Source: Bugula neritina | Taxonomy: Eukaryota; Animalia; Bryozoa | Direction: 5' to 3' | Length of the DNA stretch: 64,000 nucleotides | NCBI GenBank assembly: GCA_964035545.1 | Contig: OZ037765.1 | Coordinates: 10,984,698-11,048,697, forward strand | Shown here: in pieces, positions 49,840 through 64,000 of the stretch | Layout: each line of letters starts with the position of its first letter | Numbering within the stretch: the stretch's first letter is position 1 | Notes under the pieces: model-generated | The model's database searches: none | Seen by the model: only the letters and a program-made list of their open reading frames with translations | What the model was told of the DNA's origin: nothing | Program-made: the position numbers and the translations under genes

Positions 49840-52800
49840 ATGGCGGACTCAGGTAAGTTGATGTTAGGTCTAACCTAAAACTGTGTTAATTTAAATTACG
49901 GCTTTCATGGCATCACGTATTTGTCAGTGCACACCATTGAAATCTAAATACTTCCAATCAATTCAATGGCTAAACGGAAAGCTTATAAAATGTTTTGTCA
50001 AAATGTATACAAACTTGAATGTCTCTTGATTCAGTGAGGCTAAAAATATATCAACAGTTGTAATTAAACTTTGTACAGCTTTACAAAATGTTTCGATGTA
50101 ATGCAAAATAATTTTTACACTGTTTCTTACATGAAATGGCATAAAAACTTTCATACATTAAATGTTTGTCAGTCTGTTTGTTACTTGGCATAACGTTTTA
50201 TTAGCTGTCTTAGTATATTGTGCATAATGGCATTATTTACTTATTGCATAATCATTAATAAGTATTATCAACATTAATATGTTTGCATAAAAATAACCAT
50301 ATTAGACAATATTTACAATAACCTATTAGTTTCTCTTATCTTAAGCTATTTTATTTCAAGATAAAAAATACGTTGGTGCTTTATTTTATAAATTAACTAA
50401 TTTATTGCACGTCTAGTGTATAACCATTTTGTTTAATATTTTTACAACCAAGTTGTAGAAAAGAATAAGCTTTGTCTTTCGTTCTTCTCAAACAGCCTGT
50501 TTGAAAATTATCTCACTTTTATAATATTTTTTGTGTTGATACATTAGTAATTTGTTGATGGATTTTGATAATTAGTTGTAGCAGTGCATGAAATTAATTT
50601 TCAAATATACGCTATGTATAAAGAAAGGGTAGATTTGCACTGTGACATAATAGGAAAAAGATTAAAAAACATTTATAAGCATTTGTTATATTGTTTTTCC
50701 TTGCTACAATTCCCATGACAGCTAGAAATCTGATGACCAATTTATAACTAGTGTAGTTCAATTGTATCAACAAATTAGCTCAAGTATGATAGATGTCACA
50801 ATCTAAGTTAGCTGCTGATTTTCAATAAGTCTTATGGAATTCACCCTCAGGCTCTACCTTAGAGAGCAGTAAGAGCAGCAAAGAAAAGTCAAGTACTAAT
50901 AATTTCAAATTATTTATCCAAAGCACCTTTTCAGCTCATAAATTGAGAAAATTAGTTAACATCAGGTTTGTGCACAAGAAAGTAGAAGCCATTATTCACA
51001 AATGATTTAGAAAAAAATAACAGTCACCTTTGGTCACCTTTCACCTCCGTGGTCCTGTGTGGGTGGCAGGAATTTGAAAAAAGAATAATGTGGTTAAAAA
51101 TAAAATTAAAATGTACTAAACTGATTTTTTCTAAAGGCTTTGATTAAACATTTGAATGATTTATAAGTAGCTACATGTATATGTTTTCTTATTAAATATT
51201 TCATGGAAATTATTTATTGCACCATTATACTACAACAAACAGAAGATTCTGGCAGGTTTTGAGAGATTCTCAATAAGAAAATTTAATTATATTTGTAAAG
51301 CTTTAAAAGTTTGTAAACTTCAAGCTTATGAAGTGATAAGTATTTTTAAGGCAATAACTAAAAATAAATAAATATGAACATTTAACTTTAAAAAACCTAT
51401 GACCACAAAAATTGAGCTCAAACACAATCATTTCTCTTTAACTGGTCAGCATCAATTGAAGTAGATATATTTTATGGAGTCCACACAACTGTCATATCTA
51501 TTTGTTATACTTTGCTAAGCTATTTCATTTGTTGGAGATATTATATGCTTCTTTTTCAGGGCTAGTAATACACTTTCCTATATCTTATAGATTTCTTATA
51601 ATACAAACTACTTGTCCACACTTGATAGAAACATGATACAGCCTCTAATAAATATTGTGTTAGAAACTACTATTTATAAAAAAATGAGCTACAAACAGCA
51701 GACAAAGTGATTTATATAACTAGCCTTTATTCAACAGCTTTACACAACTATATAAGAGAAAGATGAGACAGATTTCTAAATCTATACCTGAAAAAATTTG
51801 CTAAATGTTCTTGCTATGGAGCATCTAAGTTTTCTACTATATTTAGGTTGCTAGCTCTATGTAACTAAACTTGAAGTATTTTAAACATTATTTGTTTGTC
51901 AATTATGAGCTAGACTAAAACGTATGGGGCTGTACTCAGTATGTCAAATAATAATGAAGCTTTAATAAGTCCTCATTTTATTGGTGAAATACCTATAGTT
52001 TTAATATATTAAATCCTTTTCAGCTTTATATACCTATTTTATATGTGTACCAGTGTTCAATACAAGCACAATGCTAGGAAACTATTATATATTTCTTGTC
52101 TTTCTGCAGTGGCACCCACTGAGTATGCTCACTGCACGATGACAGATGCCGACCACAGAGTTATTGTCAACGTTGGAGGGATCCGGCACGAGACGTATAA
52201 AGCCACCCTCAAAAAGATACCAGCCACACGTCTATCAAAGCTAACAGAGAGTCTGGTCAACTACGATCCAGTACTGAATGAGTACTTCTTTGACAGACAC
52301 CCTGGAGTCTTCTCACAGATATTGAATTACTACAGAACCGGTCAGCTCCACTACCCAACTGACGTGTGTGGTCCACTCTTTGAGAACGAGCTGCAGTACT
52401 GGGGTCTGGACTTCAACCAGGTAGAGCCGTGCTGCTGGATGACTTACACTGGTCATCGAAACACGGAAGAAGTTTTAGGTATTCTCGATCAGCTTGACCT
52501 AGATACCGAGAAGCCGAGCGAAGAAGAGATTATGAAAAAGTTCAACTTGGAAGAGGATTTTAAAACTGGATCACTGAGTAAAGGGCAGCAATGGAGAGTG
52601 AAAGTTTATACATTGTTTGATGAACCAAATTCTAGCAAATGGGCCAAGGTAATTCATTATCAACTTAATATTGTGTAATATGTCTTTTTGGAAAAACCAT
52701 GCAAATTACATATATAAATTGTTCATGTTTATACCAAAATCAAACCTCAAGTTAAAATGCTTGTATGTTGCTAGTCATATAGCTTTATAAAATATTTATA

Positions 52801-55800
52801 TGACATGCATACTGTATGAAAGGAAAAAAAAAAAATAAAATAATTACTAATTTCAACAGTTAGACCAAATATTTTATGTGGCCATATTTTTCATTCTGAA
52901 TTTCTGGGTAGTCATGGTGCATATTATTATTCTTAAAGTGTAAAAAAAAGTGGTCTACAAGATGTTTTAGAGAAATCATATTACAAAAATTAAAACAAAA
53001 AAATAATTTTTTGCAGAAAGTGAACTGTTGCAAACATTATTTAGATTTGCACATTGATCTACACTTTTGACACAAAGCTATAATTACTGGGTTATAGTTA
53101 TATAAGCTTTCCAAAAATTTTGTGCGTATACCATAAACAGCATACATGCATACGTAGCGCATAACATAGTTAGTTTATGAATCAAAAACTCAAAGCTGTA
53201 AAACTCGCACATGCTGCATGCATAACAGAATTTCAACTCTTTGCTTAAAGCAGTTTCACTGCCATTTACTTGCATTTAAATATATGAAATGCAATTGTCG
53301 ACGAGTTTTCAATATTCAACTATATTGTATGTGCATTGAATTTATATTTGATATAATTGCTGTGTTTTTCCATCAAATGAAATATATAAGCAAACATCCA
53401 CTTATATTCAGAGCAGCTATTAACTATTTGATGAACAAAGCAAGTGGAGTTTTAACCTTGCTAACATAATATGCCGAGTATTGATGAGTTATAAGAAATA
53501 TAGACCGCAGAAAGATTAGTGTGCAATGTGAGAGCTCTTCAGGGAGTCATTTCTAGTTTAGTAATTGGAAAATTAGCGTATAGCCATGTACACTAATTAG
53601 AAGTTATTAGATTGCCCCCATGTTACAGATGTTGTAGGATGTTGTTGAGTCTTACAGTCATCTATTTCCTAATCATTAAGCCTACATTAGTGCTAATTTG
53701 TAAGAATAAACAGAATATATTTCATTATAAACAAATAATTGTTTATGTAAACCAACTGAAATATTTGTGCCAACAGTGTTAGTAATGGCTTGCCATAGTT
53801 TTACAAAGGCAAAACCTTCAAAGTAAAATGCAAATGGTGTTGTACTGTATGCAGCAAAAATATATAATAAACCACTGTTCACAGTGAATAATGGTAACGC
53901 TTTTTGATTTGGTAATATGAATATTTTTTGAGTCATTCGAATATGTCACCCTGATGCTCATATACAATCATGTAATGTATTTTTGTAGCTATTTATAGAC
54001 CGCTGCACATGCAATTAGGTAATACATATATAATGACATATTATGAAATAATTATATATAATGTAAATTAAAAGGTTAATCATGCAGACACAGCTGTTGG
54101 TAGATGTGAGGCTGGCAGGTTGTACTGAATTATAGATTCACTGTCTACTCTCCCTTGCTGCTCCATCTTAACCTTTCTACTATGTTTATTTCTCCTAATG
54201 AAATGAGTACAGAGTTAAATGACCTGAAAATATAGAATTTAAATTACTTTGGCATACTGCGAAAAATGATTGAAAGTTTATCAGTAGGAAAAATGCCATT
54301 TTTAGATAAAGTCAAATAAATGAAATATGTGAATGACACGAGCTGCCATAAATAATGCAGTGCATGCTGCCACACATAAAGTTGAACAAGCTAATATGTA
54401 GAGCATGGGCCACGCAACGTGGAACATGCCTAAAAAATGGATGTTGCGTCAATCTTATAGCCTATCAATTCTCGTAGCTATAGCTGTACGATGGGTATAG
54501 TTTCTAAATCTAAATAATAATGACTATAACATGATAGTAATCTCAGATTACTTTACAATTCCTAGAAAATAGAATAGCCTTATACTCGTGCAGCAATTTG
54601 TACCAAATGACATGGGAATAATTTAGCTGAGAAAAAATTGACATGAATTTTTTCCCACAAAAGTATTTTCAAAAGGTAATAAAAACAGCTCAAGTAGTAA
54701 AATATCGACTAACTAATTATAGTTAAGGGTGTTGATCACTTTATACAAATTATACAAGCAGTTACTAAAGTAATATTGTGAAACAGCAAGATGCGTTTCA
54801 ACAGCAATCAATATTTACTTTCTGCTTACGTATTATGTGTGAGGCACACACCATCATGCATTTTTGGCATAGTATGTCAGCACACTCTTTTAAAAACAAT
54901 ATTTCTTATTAAAAACAGTAAGGTGTAAAAGTGGTAAAATAAGATATCAATTCAAATATATTCTTGATTAAATATACTACTCAAAAAACACCATGCCTTA
55001 TGCAGTGAATAGATACAAATCCATTATGAAAATTTATAAAATAGCTATCTGCAGACATATATCACCTCTTATCATCATAGTTATTGCCATTCATTTGGTT
55101 CCTTGTTACGAAATTAGAGTTGGCAGCTAATATCAGGCTTTAAGAAATTGAAAAAAATTTAAAAGAATTGAAACTGCTATAATTTCAAACCATCCATAAA
55201 TTCAATTAGCAAATCTAGCACGGTTGCACCGTATGTATCACATGCTAAAATTTTCTGATTTTATAAATAACATTTTTTATTTGCTTGTTATGTCACACTA
55301 TACTGGCTAAAAGCATCATTTTAGTTGTCTTAAATTAGTCGTTTCCATCAGAAATTGAATTTGAACAAGTCAAATAGTTACAATTAAACAGATGCTGAAA
55401 CGGAGCACATCAAATTCTATGGCATTGCTCATAAAGATGAAATACATATTCATGTACAAGAGTAAAATGACAGTCTAAGGTGCTATTACTATAGCTATTT
55501 TGGGTTCGAAGGTAGTTTACAGTAGTAATTGACAATTTTTGCATTTTATCAATGATAATTATCAAATGCTAAGTTTTATGTTTCCTAAAAAGATTTTTCA
55601 TAAACCTTGTTTTTTTGGCTTATCTTAAAGTTGAAAATAGCAGATGTTGAATAAATAACATTTAAATTGTAGATGTTTAGTAATGACTAGCTAAACTGCT
55701 ATGAAAAATGTATATTATTTGCTCTCAAAATATTATAGCTATTAATTATTTAAATGTATGAGATTATAAATCAATAATTCTCATTTCTTAAAATAATTGG

Positions 55801-58800
55801 AATTGAAAATTACGACTATATTTTAAGCATGACTTTTTAATATCTTCCATTGTAGAATATGACTCACTTAGTTGGTATTTTCAAAAATCTTCTCAATTTG
55901 TGGTAACTTTTAAATAAAGACAAGGATATAACTATTATCATATAAAAAAGAAAAGGACGTATAATATTAGGATTATAATGGTGCTGTTTGATTGCTCTAA
56001 ATTGGCGGTAAATTTAGTATTGACTTTTCATGATCAGTTTTTATGCCAAAATATAGTTTTTTTCATGCATTTGCAGCAATTTTTAAGAAAGATATATGAG
56101 CCCTTCAAAACTTTGATACATTTCTACAATATAATTTTTAACGTTTGAAACTGCTTAAGTAATAAAGTTGATGCTTTTATTACTTTATACTTGTAGTTTG
56201 TTAGCGTGGCCTCCATATTTTTTATCGTCATCTCTATAGCGACCTTCTGTTTGAAGACCCATCCAGATTTACAGAAACCTAGCATTGTACGAATAGCTTT
56301 TACGGAAGAAGGCAACGCCACATCTGGTTGGTCATTACAAAAGCAAAGCTTGGAGCCACATTCTGCATTCTTCTGGATTGAAACAGTTTGCAATTGTTGG
56401 TTCACTTTTGAACTGATAGTACGTTTTATAGTTTGTCCAAAGAAGAGCTCATTCTGTAAAGACATAATCAACATTATAGATTTTATAGCCACCTTGACAT
56501 TCTATGCAGATGTGATTATCAAGTTAATTGGTACCGATTCTACTGAAAATGATATTGTGGAGTTTGTCTCAATGATTCGTATCATGAGGCTTCTGAAGTT
56601 TACGAGACATTCTTCAGGCTTGCGAATTCTAATACACACTTTCAAGGCAAGCATTAGAGAGCTGACTTTGCTTATATTTTTCCTCGTTCTCTTTATTATC
56701 ATTTTTGCTTCTCTAATTTTTTACGCTGAACGGCTCCAATACAATCCAAATAATGATTTCATTAGCATCCCGAACGGATTGTGGTGGGCAATTGTAACAA
56801 TGACAACTGTTGGATATGGAGACATGAGTCCCAAAACATATTTCGGTATGTTTGTTGGTAGTGCATGCGCCCTCATGGGCGTACTCACCATTGCACTACC
56901 TGTCCCAGTCATCGTCAGCCACTTTACTATGTTCTACACCCACACTCAAGCCAGATCTAAGCTTCCTAAACAAAGAAGACGAGTGGTTGCTGTGGAAAAG
57001 CTTCGTCCCACTAAGCCAGCATTGGCTAGGCCAGGAGCTAGCAATGTCGGGGGACCTCCTAGTGGTGGTGGCAGTTATGGGAGAACTGCCAGGAGAGGTA
57101 CAACTACTCGAATAAGCCAGACAGTGAAAATGGGTAAGCAGTAACCATGAGTTAAGCTTGCATGTTCTCTATGAGTCTGGTGTTAGGTTTGTTCAAAACA
57201 GTATTATATTGCATGTGATTGACGCACTTCACCTTTTGTTGTACTAAATTGCTTCAATGTAGTCTCCTTTATGATCATAATGAACTTTCTTTGCCTGCAC
57301 ACTTATAACTCAAACTATAATCATTATGGTGTGATGCTTACATTGGCTTTTCTCATTCTTATTGGGCAACTTCAAACATCTTTACTAAATCAAGTTTGAC
57401 TGTCTTTTAGCCGGTTGCTCTGTATAGAAAATATCATCATCGGCATCTAGCAAAGTTTAAATTTCAAATTTGTTTTTTGGTTTTTAAGAAATATTGAAAA
57501 GCCGGTTTAGAATTGGAACCAGTTGTTAACACCTATAGAATTCACAACAGTTTGACATGCACCTTTCAGAAATTATTCTAGTTAAAAGACTTAGAAGTCA
57601 CAAAATTCATGGTTACTAAGAGCTACTGAAAAGCTCAGGTGTTATGAGCAATACACACAAAGCAATTTCTTTGAGTGACTTTTTTAAACTCAAGCTGTAT
57701 TTCTAGGTTTACCTTAACATTCGAAGAATGATTCAATCGAATATCAATTTTAAACCAAAAAATATAATCAAAATGATCTGCACTTACAATAAAATATGAA
57801 ATTTTAGGTATGAACTACTACTTACCAAAGTTTGCCTTTGTCTTTATTTTAGATAGTTATAGACGGTCAGCTAAATTTAAGTTTCAAAACTTATTTTGGC
57901 AACCTATTTTGTTAATAATTGTCTATTAGCATTTTTAATTTAATCGTCTATATTTTGAGACTGTTCCATATATTTGACATATCTATATCTACAGGAAGTG
58001 CTATTCAGGAAATGATGCGACCATTTGGTAGTAAGTTATACATACCGCTCAATGTACATCATCATTATGCAAGATCCAATGTTTCTTGTAGCTGTTAGAA
58101 TCTGGTACTACGTTCAACCAAAAACTTTTGGCATGGCTACAAAAAACCATGGCTCAATTATTTTACATGCTAATTCACCCTCCATGTATGACCAGCCTCA
58201 ATATTATCATATAGAGTTATAAGTTCTGCTCTATGTTAGTGACTTATACTTACAAATGCTGCTTCTGTAACCCAAGAATCTCTTGCTTTTCAATGAGACT
58301 CTTCTGCTTGTGCTATATTCTGATTTTATTAGTTTGTTGGCTAAAAACTTTTGAAATTGCTGTATACAGGAAAAATGTTCTTGCCTTTCAGTTCATCTTG
58401 ATTATAGCAAATTTAACAAACAAATAAGCAAAAAATCGAACACTAACTTTCTATTTTAAATTTATAGATATATAAAAGCACTTAGTATCTACTGCAAGTA
58501 TATAAGAAAGTGTTGAAGGTTTTAAAATAAATTAGCAAAGCGCATCAAAAATATTTTTGCTGGCAGATGGCATGTAAGTGGTTGCATACTATATTATATT
58601 TGCATCAGATAGAATTGAGCTTGCTTATTTTTTTGTTTTATATTTTGTATAACAATTTGTTACTTGCTTTTATAAAACAAACTTATGTATTTGACTCAAC
58701 TCACAAAAATAACATTTCAACTCAACCAAAGAAAGTTCTAATATTATAATAATTTGCTAAATTATATAGGTTTCATGCCGATGACAGAGTTAGCTAAAAG

Positions 58801-60808
58801 TCACACGACAGGTAATTCCCAGCATGGTGCTTCATTTAATCGCTTGTCTTTTATAACTTTATTTGCTACAGTTTTGTTCCATCAGCATCAAGACTTTATA
58901 CTGTTGAGAAAGCAATCAAAGTGATAATTATAGTAATGATTATAAATGCATGTAATAACAATAAAAATGCACATTGTGCCGAACAAACATGAACTCTAAA
59001 TAAAGAAATGTTCTCCACTTTCTATTAGATTGAGTTGTGGCTAGGTGTTACCCTGTTCATAATTTTAGCTACCTATATCCTAACCCACTGGCTATACACC
59101 ACGCATAGTACACAGAGTTGAACCAATGTAGAATGAGAAACAGTTGCCGAAGAGTAACATATATGGTTTTTTAAGTTTGTGTGCCCTGTTATGTGTTGAT
59201 ATATTGTTACTAGTCGTTACCTTGCTAACCCTGGCATGAGTAATCTCATCAGTAACAATGTTGAATTAACCATGTTCATTATGCTCAGGTAATAACCCAC
59301 CAGGTCTTAGCACTGAAGAGAAAATACCCATGCTACCAGTTGTCACTTCTACACACTACTCTAGCGATGTCCCTTCCATAGGTGAAGGATTAGCCAAGTT
59401 TGGTGATGGTAGTCAATTTAAGTCAAACAGTCCTAACTTACAACCGTTTGTAGAAAAAATTCAAAGCTCAGACACACCAGATTCAGCTCTTGTTTCAATC
59501 AAAGATTTGACCCAGCACCCAGTCAAACTTGGTCAGTATGGTAAAAGATGGCCTCTTCTGCCTTCTCCGTGTATTTGCACGTTTCTAGCATGCCTTCTAA
59601 TTCACGAGGATAAAAAACTGGAAGCATGGCCATTAGCACTGATTAATAATTAGTAGCATGTTGTACACATTATGTTTTAAAGTTATATTATAACATTTTT
59701 TAAAAAACAATGTAGTAATGATCTAACACCTTCTATTACTCACTATGACACTCACACTTTTATTTGTTCACACAATAATTACTAACAATATATAATTACT
59801 ACAATGCATATAACAAAATGGCCATGCTTTCAGTAAAATAAAATGCCAAATTTCTTCAAACTGTTTTACAAAAATTGAAATGCTTTAAGGTTTAGCAAAA
59901 TTATTATACTATTTATCATGCATGTTTACATTCTTCATTCTTTGAGCAGCTTCAAGTTGTGATAGCTTCCACCTTTTATTTAGTTCTAATATCTGCCATT
60001 GCTGGTAGGGATTTAGAATACCACTCACACGCGAATTACTTTCCTGTAAAATTCACGTACCCTTTACCATGCAAAAAGCTTTACCTAGTCAGCATGGCTT
60101 TCCAAGTCACATTCCTTTCAGTTATCCTTTTTGTTTTGCTGTGTGTATTACAGATGGTGGTAACCCATTCAGACAAAATTGTAAAGTTCTTCCCAGTCTA
60201 GACAATGCAGGTCTGTAACTTTGTTTAGTTGGTATATTTTTGTTTTACTAACAGGTCTCGCAAAATATTCCCAGCAACGTGAATTGTAATAAGCACGGAT
60301 ATACCTTTATAAGTTAGCTTTACTAGCAAGCCACATTCGTAGCAACCATAAATATCTCCTTCCTTAAAATATTCTTTTGGGTCAAGCAGTTTTGGGTTAG
60401 GCAAAGTTAGACAAAAGAAATTTTAGGTGAAAACTATTCTTCAAAATATAATAGCTTATAATAGCAATAGGCAGAAAAATGTCTTAGTTTTTAAAACCAA
60501 AGTTCAATGCCAATCAAGAATCGAGTTTTATAAAAAATGAATTGACTGGCACCATGGGTAGGAATAATTATGTTTATAGCTTGTTCCACATAACCACACT
60601 TGACGGCCTTGTAGATGCTGATAAACCAGACATAGTTGACCTTGAAGTTGAAAAGCCTAAACTTTCTTCAATACCAACAATTGATGGAATGCTAGCAAAA
60701 TCAGAGGGAAATGAAGTATCAGAGAAAACTCAGAATGGTGATAATGGAGCTGTCATTACATCTACACCAGTAACAATCATAGAGAAAAACTGCATATCTA
60801 CATCTTGA
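49840..60808 (+). CDS. Shaw: Voltage-gated potassium channel, Shaw/Kv3 (KCNC) family
   Basis: Probable first exon 49840-49852 (MADS). Exon 52110-52648 is the T1 domain ([25 protein letters not shown]...VEPCC zinc site). Exon 56197-57133 is S1-S6 (S4 [16 protein letters not shown], pore TTVGYGD, LPVPVIV). C-tail exons 57995-58030, 58770-58811, 59289-59531, 60154-60210 and 60615-60808 are less certain. Confidence 0.93.
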
Positions 60809-61429
60809 CCAAATAATGAGCACTCAATTGCTTGAAGATCATGCAGCTATGAAAGATCAAAAAGCTGTGCTGCAGAAACTGTTAAAGCCTTAAATGCCAT
60901 CAAAATTGATCAAATGACCATGCTATTAAAATTTAGTGATTGGAAATGAAGCCAAGTATCAACTATTAGAAAGACGTAATGGACCCTTATATTGTAGTAC
61001 TTATGATTTATTATATACTTTTGTTTATTTTAAGCTACATGGGATCATAATTGTCAATTAATGAGAATAGAAATATATGTTTTAAATAATAGTTGAATTT
61101 ACAGTAAGCTACAAGTTAGAATTACCAGTGTGTTGAATGTTTAATAGCAATAATAAAACAAACTAAAAATTGTCACTTTTTTATATACAGTATTTTATTT
61201 TTAATACATATTGTATTGTTACCAAAACAAGTCGAACTAGCAAAATGTATGAAGTAAAGCCATTAGAGAGATGTAAAAAATCAATACATTCTTACTAGGT
61301 TGAATAATATTGGAATGAATATTTACTCGACACAACAAAAGAGTCTTTCAATAAAACAAATGCAAACAATTTTACAAAACAAATGTCAGAGTGAGAAATA
61401 GTAAGGAAAGGTGACTAAACAGAAAACAC

Positions 61430-63687
61430 CTATAACCAAGGGTGCCATGAAGGATCCATCCGGCATAAATTGTCAAAGTTGTGAGCTAAAGGTACCAGTT
61501 TTCCAACTCGACTAACTGCACCATCAAAAGTAGCAAGCTCTAAAACATCATATCAAACATAACAATTATAACATTCTAGTCTTTCAGCATTTATAACCCT
61601 ACAAGCCAAGCAAAAAAATCAATAATTAGCAAGTTACAGTCCTTAGTGAATGCTTTTACAAACTTACACAATGATGAATGAAATAAAAACACCAAAAGGT
61701 AGTATTACTAAAGTATCACGTCATAGACCATGATGACATAGGTTAAATGGACAACGTTACGTTAATGTATTACAATGTACCTTGTAATCTGGTAGTGATA
61801 GCCATTACTGCCTTATTAACCAGCTGCAGCAGCATATCGCCTGCCATATCTGTAGGTGGCTCTCCTGGACTAGCCTCATCATGTTTCTATAGAATAACCA
61901 TCGTAAGCATAAGAATCAGGAAAGCCTTAATAACCCTCGAGAATAAGATCAATAAGCGCTGACAATTTAACTCTGTTCAAACCAGTCAACAGTAATTTAA
62001 TTCAAACCAAAACCTATTTATAATACTACTACTACATACCAGCACCAATATTTGACTGCACATGTATGCATTGGGTAAAGTAACTACATGTAAACATTCA
62101 TAAATGTGTCTTTCTGTAATTTTTCGAGGAGAAGATCAAAAAGCTGAACCATAAACCTATTTCTATGTACCAACTATGCTGTTTAATGCTGCACACCAGA
62201 AAGATACAGAAGTATGATGGTGTTTGCCCATAAATGATGCTGAGAGCATTTATGCTGAAGATGGTTACAAAATTATTGACAGTGATTAACCGTATTGAAT
62301 AATTAAATTAAAAATTCAGTAAAACAAATAGTGCATTAGAAGAGCAAACACAGAATGTATGCACATATATTATTTCTAACATGCTTCTATTGGAAAAAAT
62401 AGTTCTATTACGTTGATTTTTAATATACAAGTTCATGCCCAACATGATTACAGGCCTTAAAAGACACACACGAGTCAATGGCTTCATATAACCTTTAAAA
62501 GTACAATGTGTAGAAAAGACATTTACACCAGAGTTTTCTCATATTCCAGAATGCTCTGCTAGCTAAACAATGTCATCAGCATGATACTGGCAGGTCACAA
62601 CTTTCATTACCTTTTTATGCCAAGTGATAAACTCATCTCTTAGTATAGCTTTTAAGATGCTGCCAAGCTTAAACTGCGGCTGAACAAAGCATCGGGCAGC
62701 CGAGACAATGGCGGCAGTCAATGGACCAGTCACTCCAGTTTGTGAAATAAACTCGGCAATGTTTGGTGTGAGACGAAATGGCACAGGCCTATTGGCGTCA
62801 AACTCACCTGCAATATATTATAAAAGAATAGTATTATACTATATATACATTATACAACATATCATAAAAAAGTATGCATACGCTTTGCGGGTATTCATAA
62901 TAACAACTACCCAAATTATTTTACCAACATAATTTTCTACCAAAGCATGTAATATTAAATGAAATGGTAGAATGAAACACATATAACAGCATTGTCTTGG
63001 TAACATCTGGAGTGTTCAATGTTGGTTATATACCAAAGTATAAGATGGAAACCAAAACAATACCCCAGATAGTTGGCTGTATGGACAGCTTCAGAGTAAT
63101 TATGACTCACTTATCTAATAATAGAACTGTAAATGAGATATACACTACGACTAACCAGACTGATCATCTATGTCAAACTTGAAGTAGGACACACTTATGT
63201 AGCCCGAGTCCTTATGTATATACATCATATCTGGGTTGAGACGGGTCAAATGAAGCACATACTCCGCCAAACCTTCCAGTGCCAACTGAGAAGTGAACTA
63301 AAACCAGCATATATTTATATATTAGTATAGACTTTTCTAACTCAAAGGTCTCGTGCAAGTATTTATGCAGGGATTGAAAAGTTCACAATTAGTGAGAAAT
63401 TAATACAACTAACAGAGCATTTAGTAAAAGGGTTCATCTCTTTGAAGATGAAACTTAGTTGCTGAACTTACATTAGCTCTGAAGGTCCAATAATCAGTCG
63501 CATCTTGAAACGTGTGCATTGCCCATTCTTTGAGAATCGTCCTAGGAACCTGATTGGTCATAATGTCCTTGAGAAGGTCGCGCAGCACCTGGTGACTAGC
63601 CTGTGAACCCCGCTGCTGCACGGCAGCAAGTCGGTCATAGTAACGGGTGATGGGAGCATCGTACTCAATTGCTCTCTTGGCACAACG
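61430..63687 (-). CDS. TRRAP: Transformation/transcription domain-associated protein, last five exons (pseudokinase end + FATC); gene continues off the right edge
   Basis: Exons 63687-63472, 63297-63156, 62807-62611, 61886-61781, 61539-61430; DAPITRYYDRL, ATDYWTFR, RPVPFRLTPNI, ILKAILRDE and terminal NLCRMDPSWHPWL*. Confidence 0.96.
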
Positions 63688-64000
63688 CTACAATAATGTA
63701 ATCTGCCAGTTAATAAACTTCATGTGGTAAATATTTTTAGTCAATGGTAAAACATTTTATGTTTTAAAAGCGAAGGCAGTTTTAAATATTATGTTATTTA
63801 AATATAGCAATTTCCGCTATACCAGTAGGAATAATAAAATTTTTGTTGAAATTTCACTCATGCTAAGTTGAAATATTTGGTCAGTTAATTCACAGAAAAT
63901 ATTGTTGTCAAATGATCTATTGCTCAGAGTTTGGGCTACACTCTTGTCAGGGAATCATAATCTTAACCTATGTTACTTACAACTAGTCTCTTTTTAAAAC

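Overview
AT-rich, intron-dense animal genomic DNA, probably an invertebrate (species not identifiable from the sequence). Left to right: (1) first two coding exons of TTC21B/IFT139 (-), head-to-head across an RFX X-box promoter with (2) a multi-exon gene (+) encoding a coiled-coil protein with repeated [YW]G[KR]PG[AG]GAP motifs (CSPP1-like, uncharacterised); (3) ANKMY2 (-), whose last intron holds a decayed Academ-type DNA transposon; (4) a secreted coiled-coil + fibrinogen-domain gene (-) with a MITE just upstream; (5) an intact, GC-rich Ty3/Gypsy LTR retrotransposon (38829-46821) with apparently identical 392-bp LTRs, ATAT TSD, tRNA-Leu PBS and a U_UUA_AAC -1 frameshift signal; (6) a Shaw/Kv3 potassium channel gene (+); (7) the 3' end of TRRAP (-). 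Most unusual: Pol continues about 528 aa past the normal integrase end into an acidic region, two C2H2 zinc fingers and a leucine-zipper-like coil, while the LTR U3 holds a symmetric array of 9 CCGA + 9 TCGG motifs upstream of the TATA box. This could be an element-encoded transcription factor and its response element (hypothesis only). All exon models and homologies were read by eye, with no database search.
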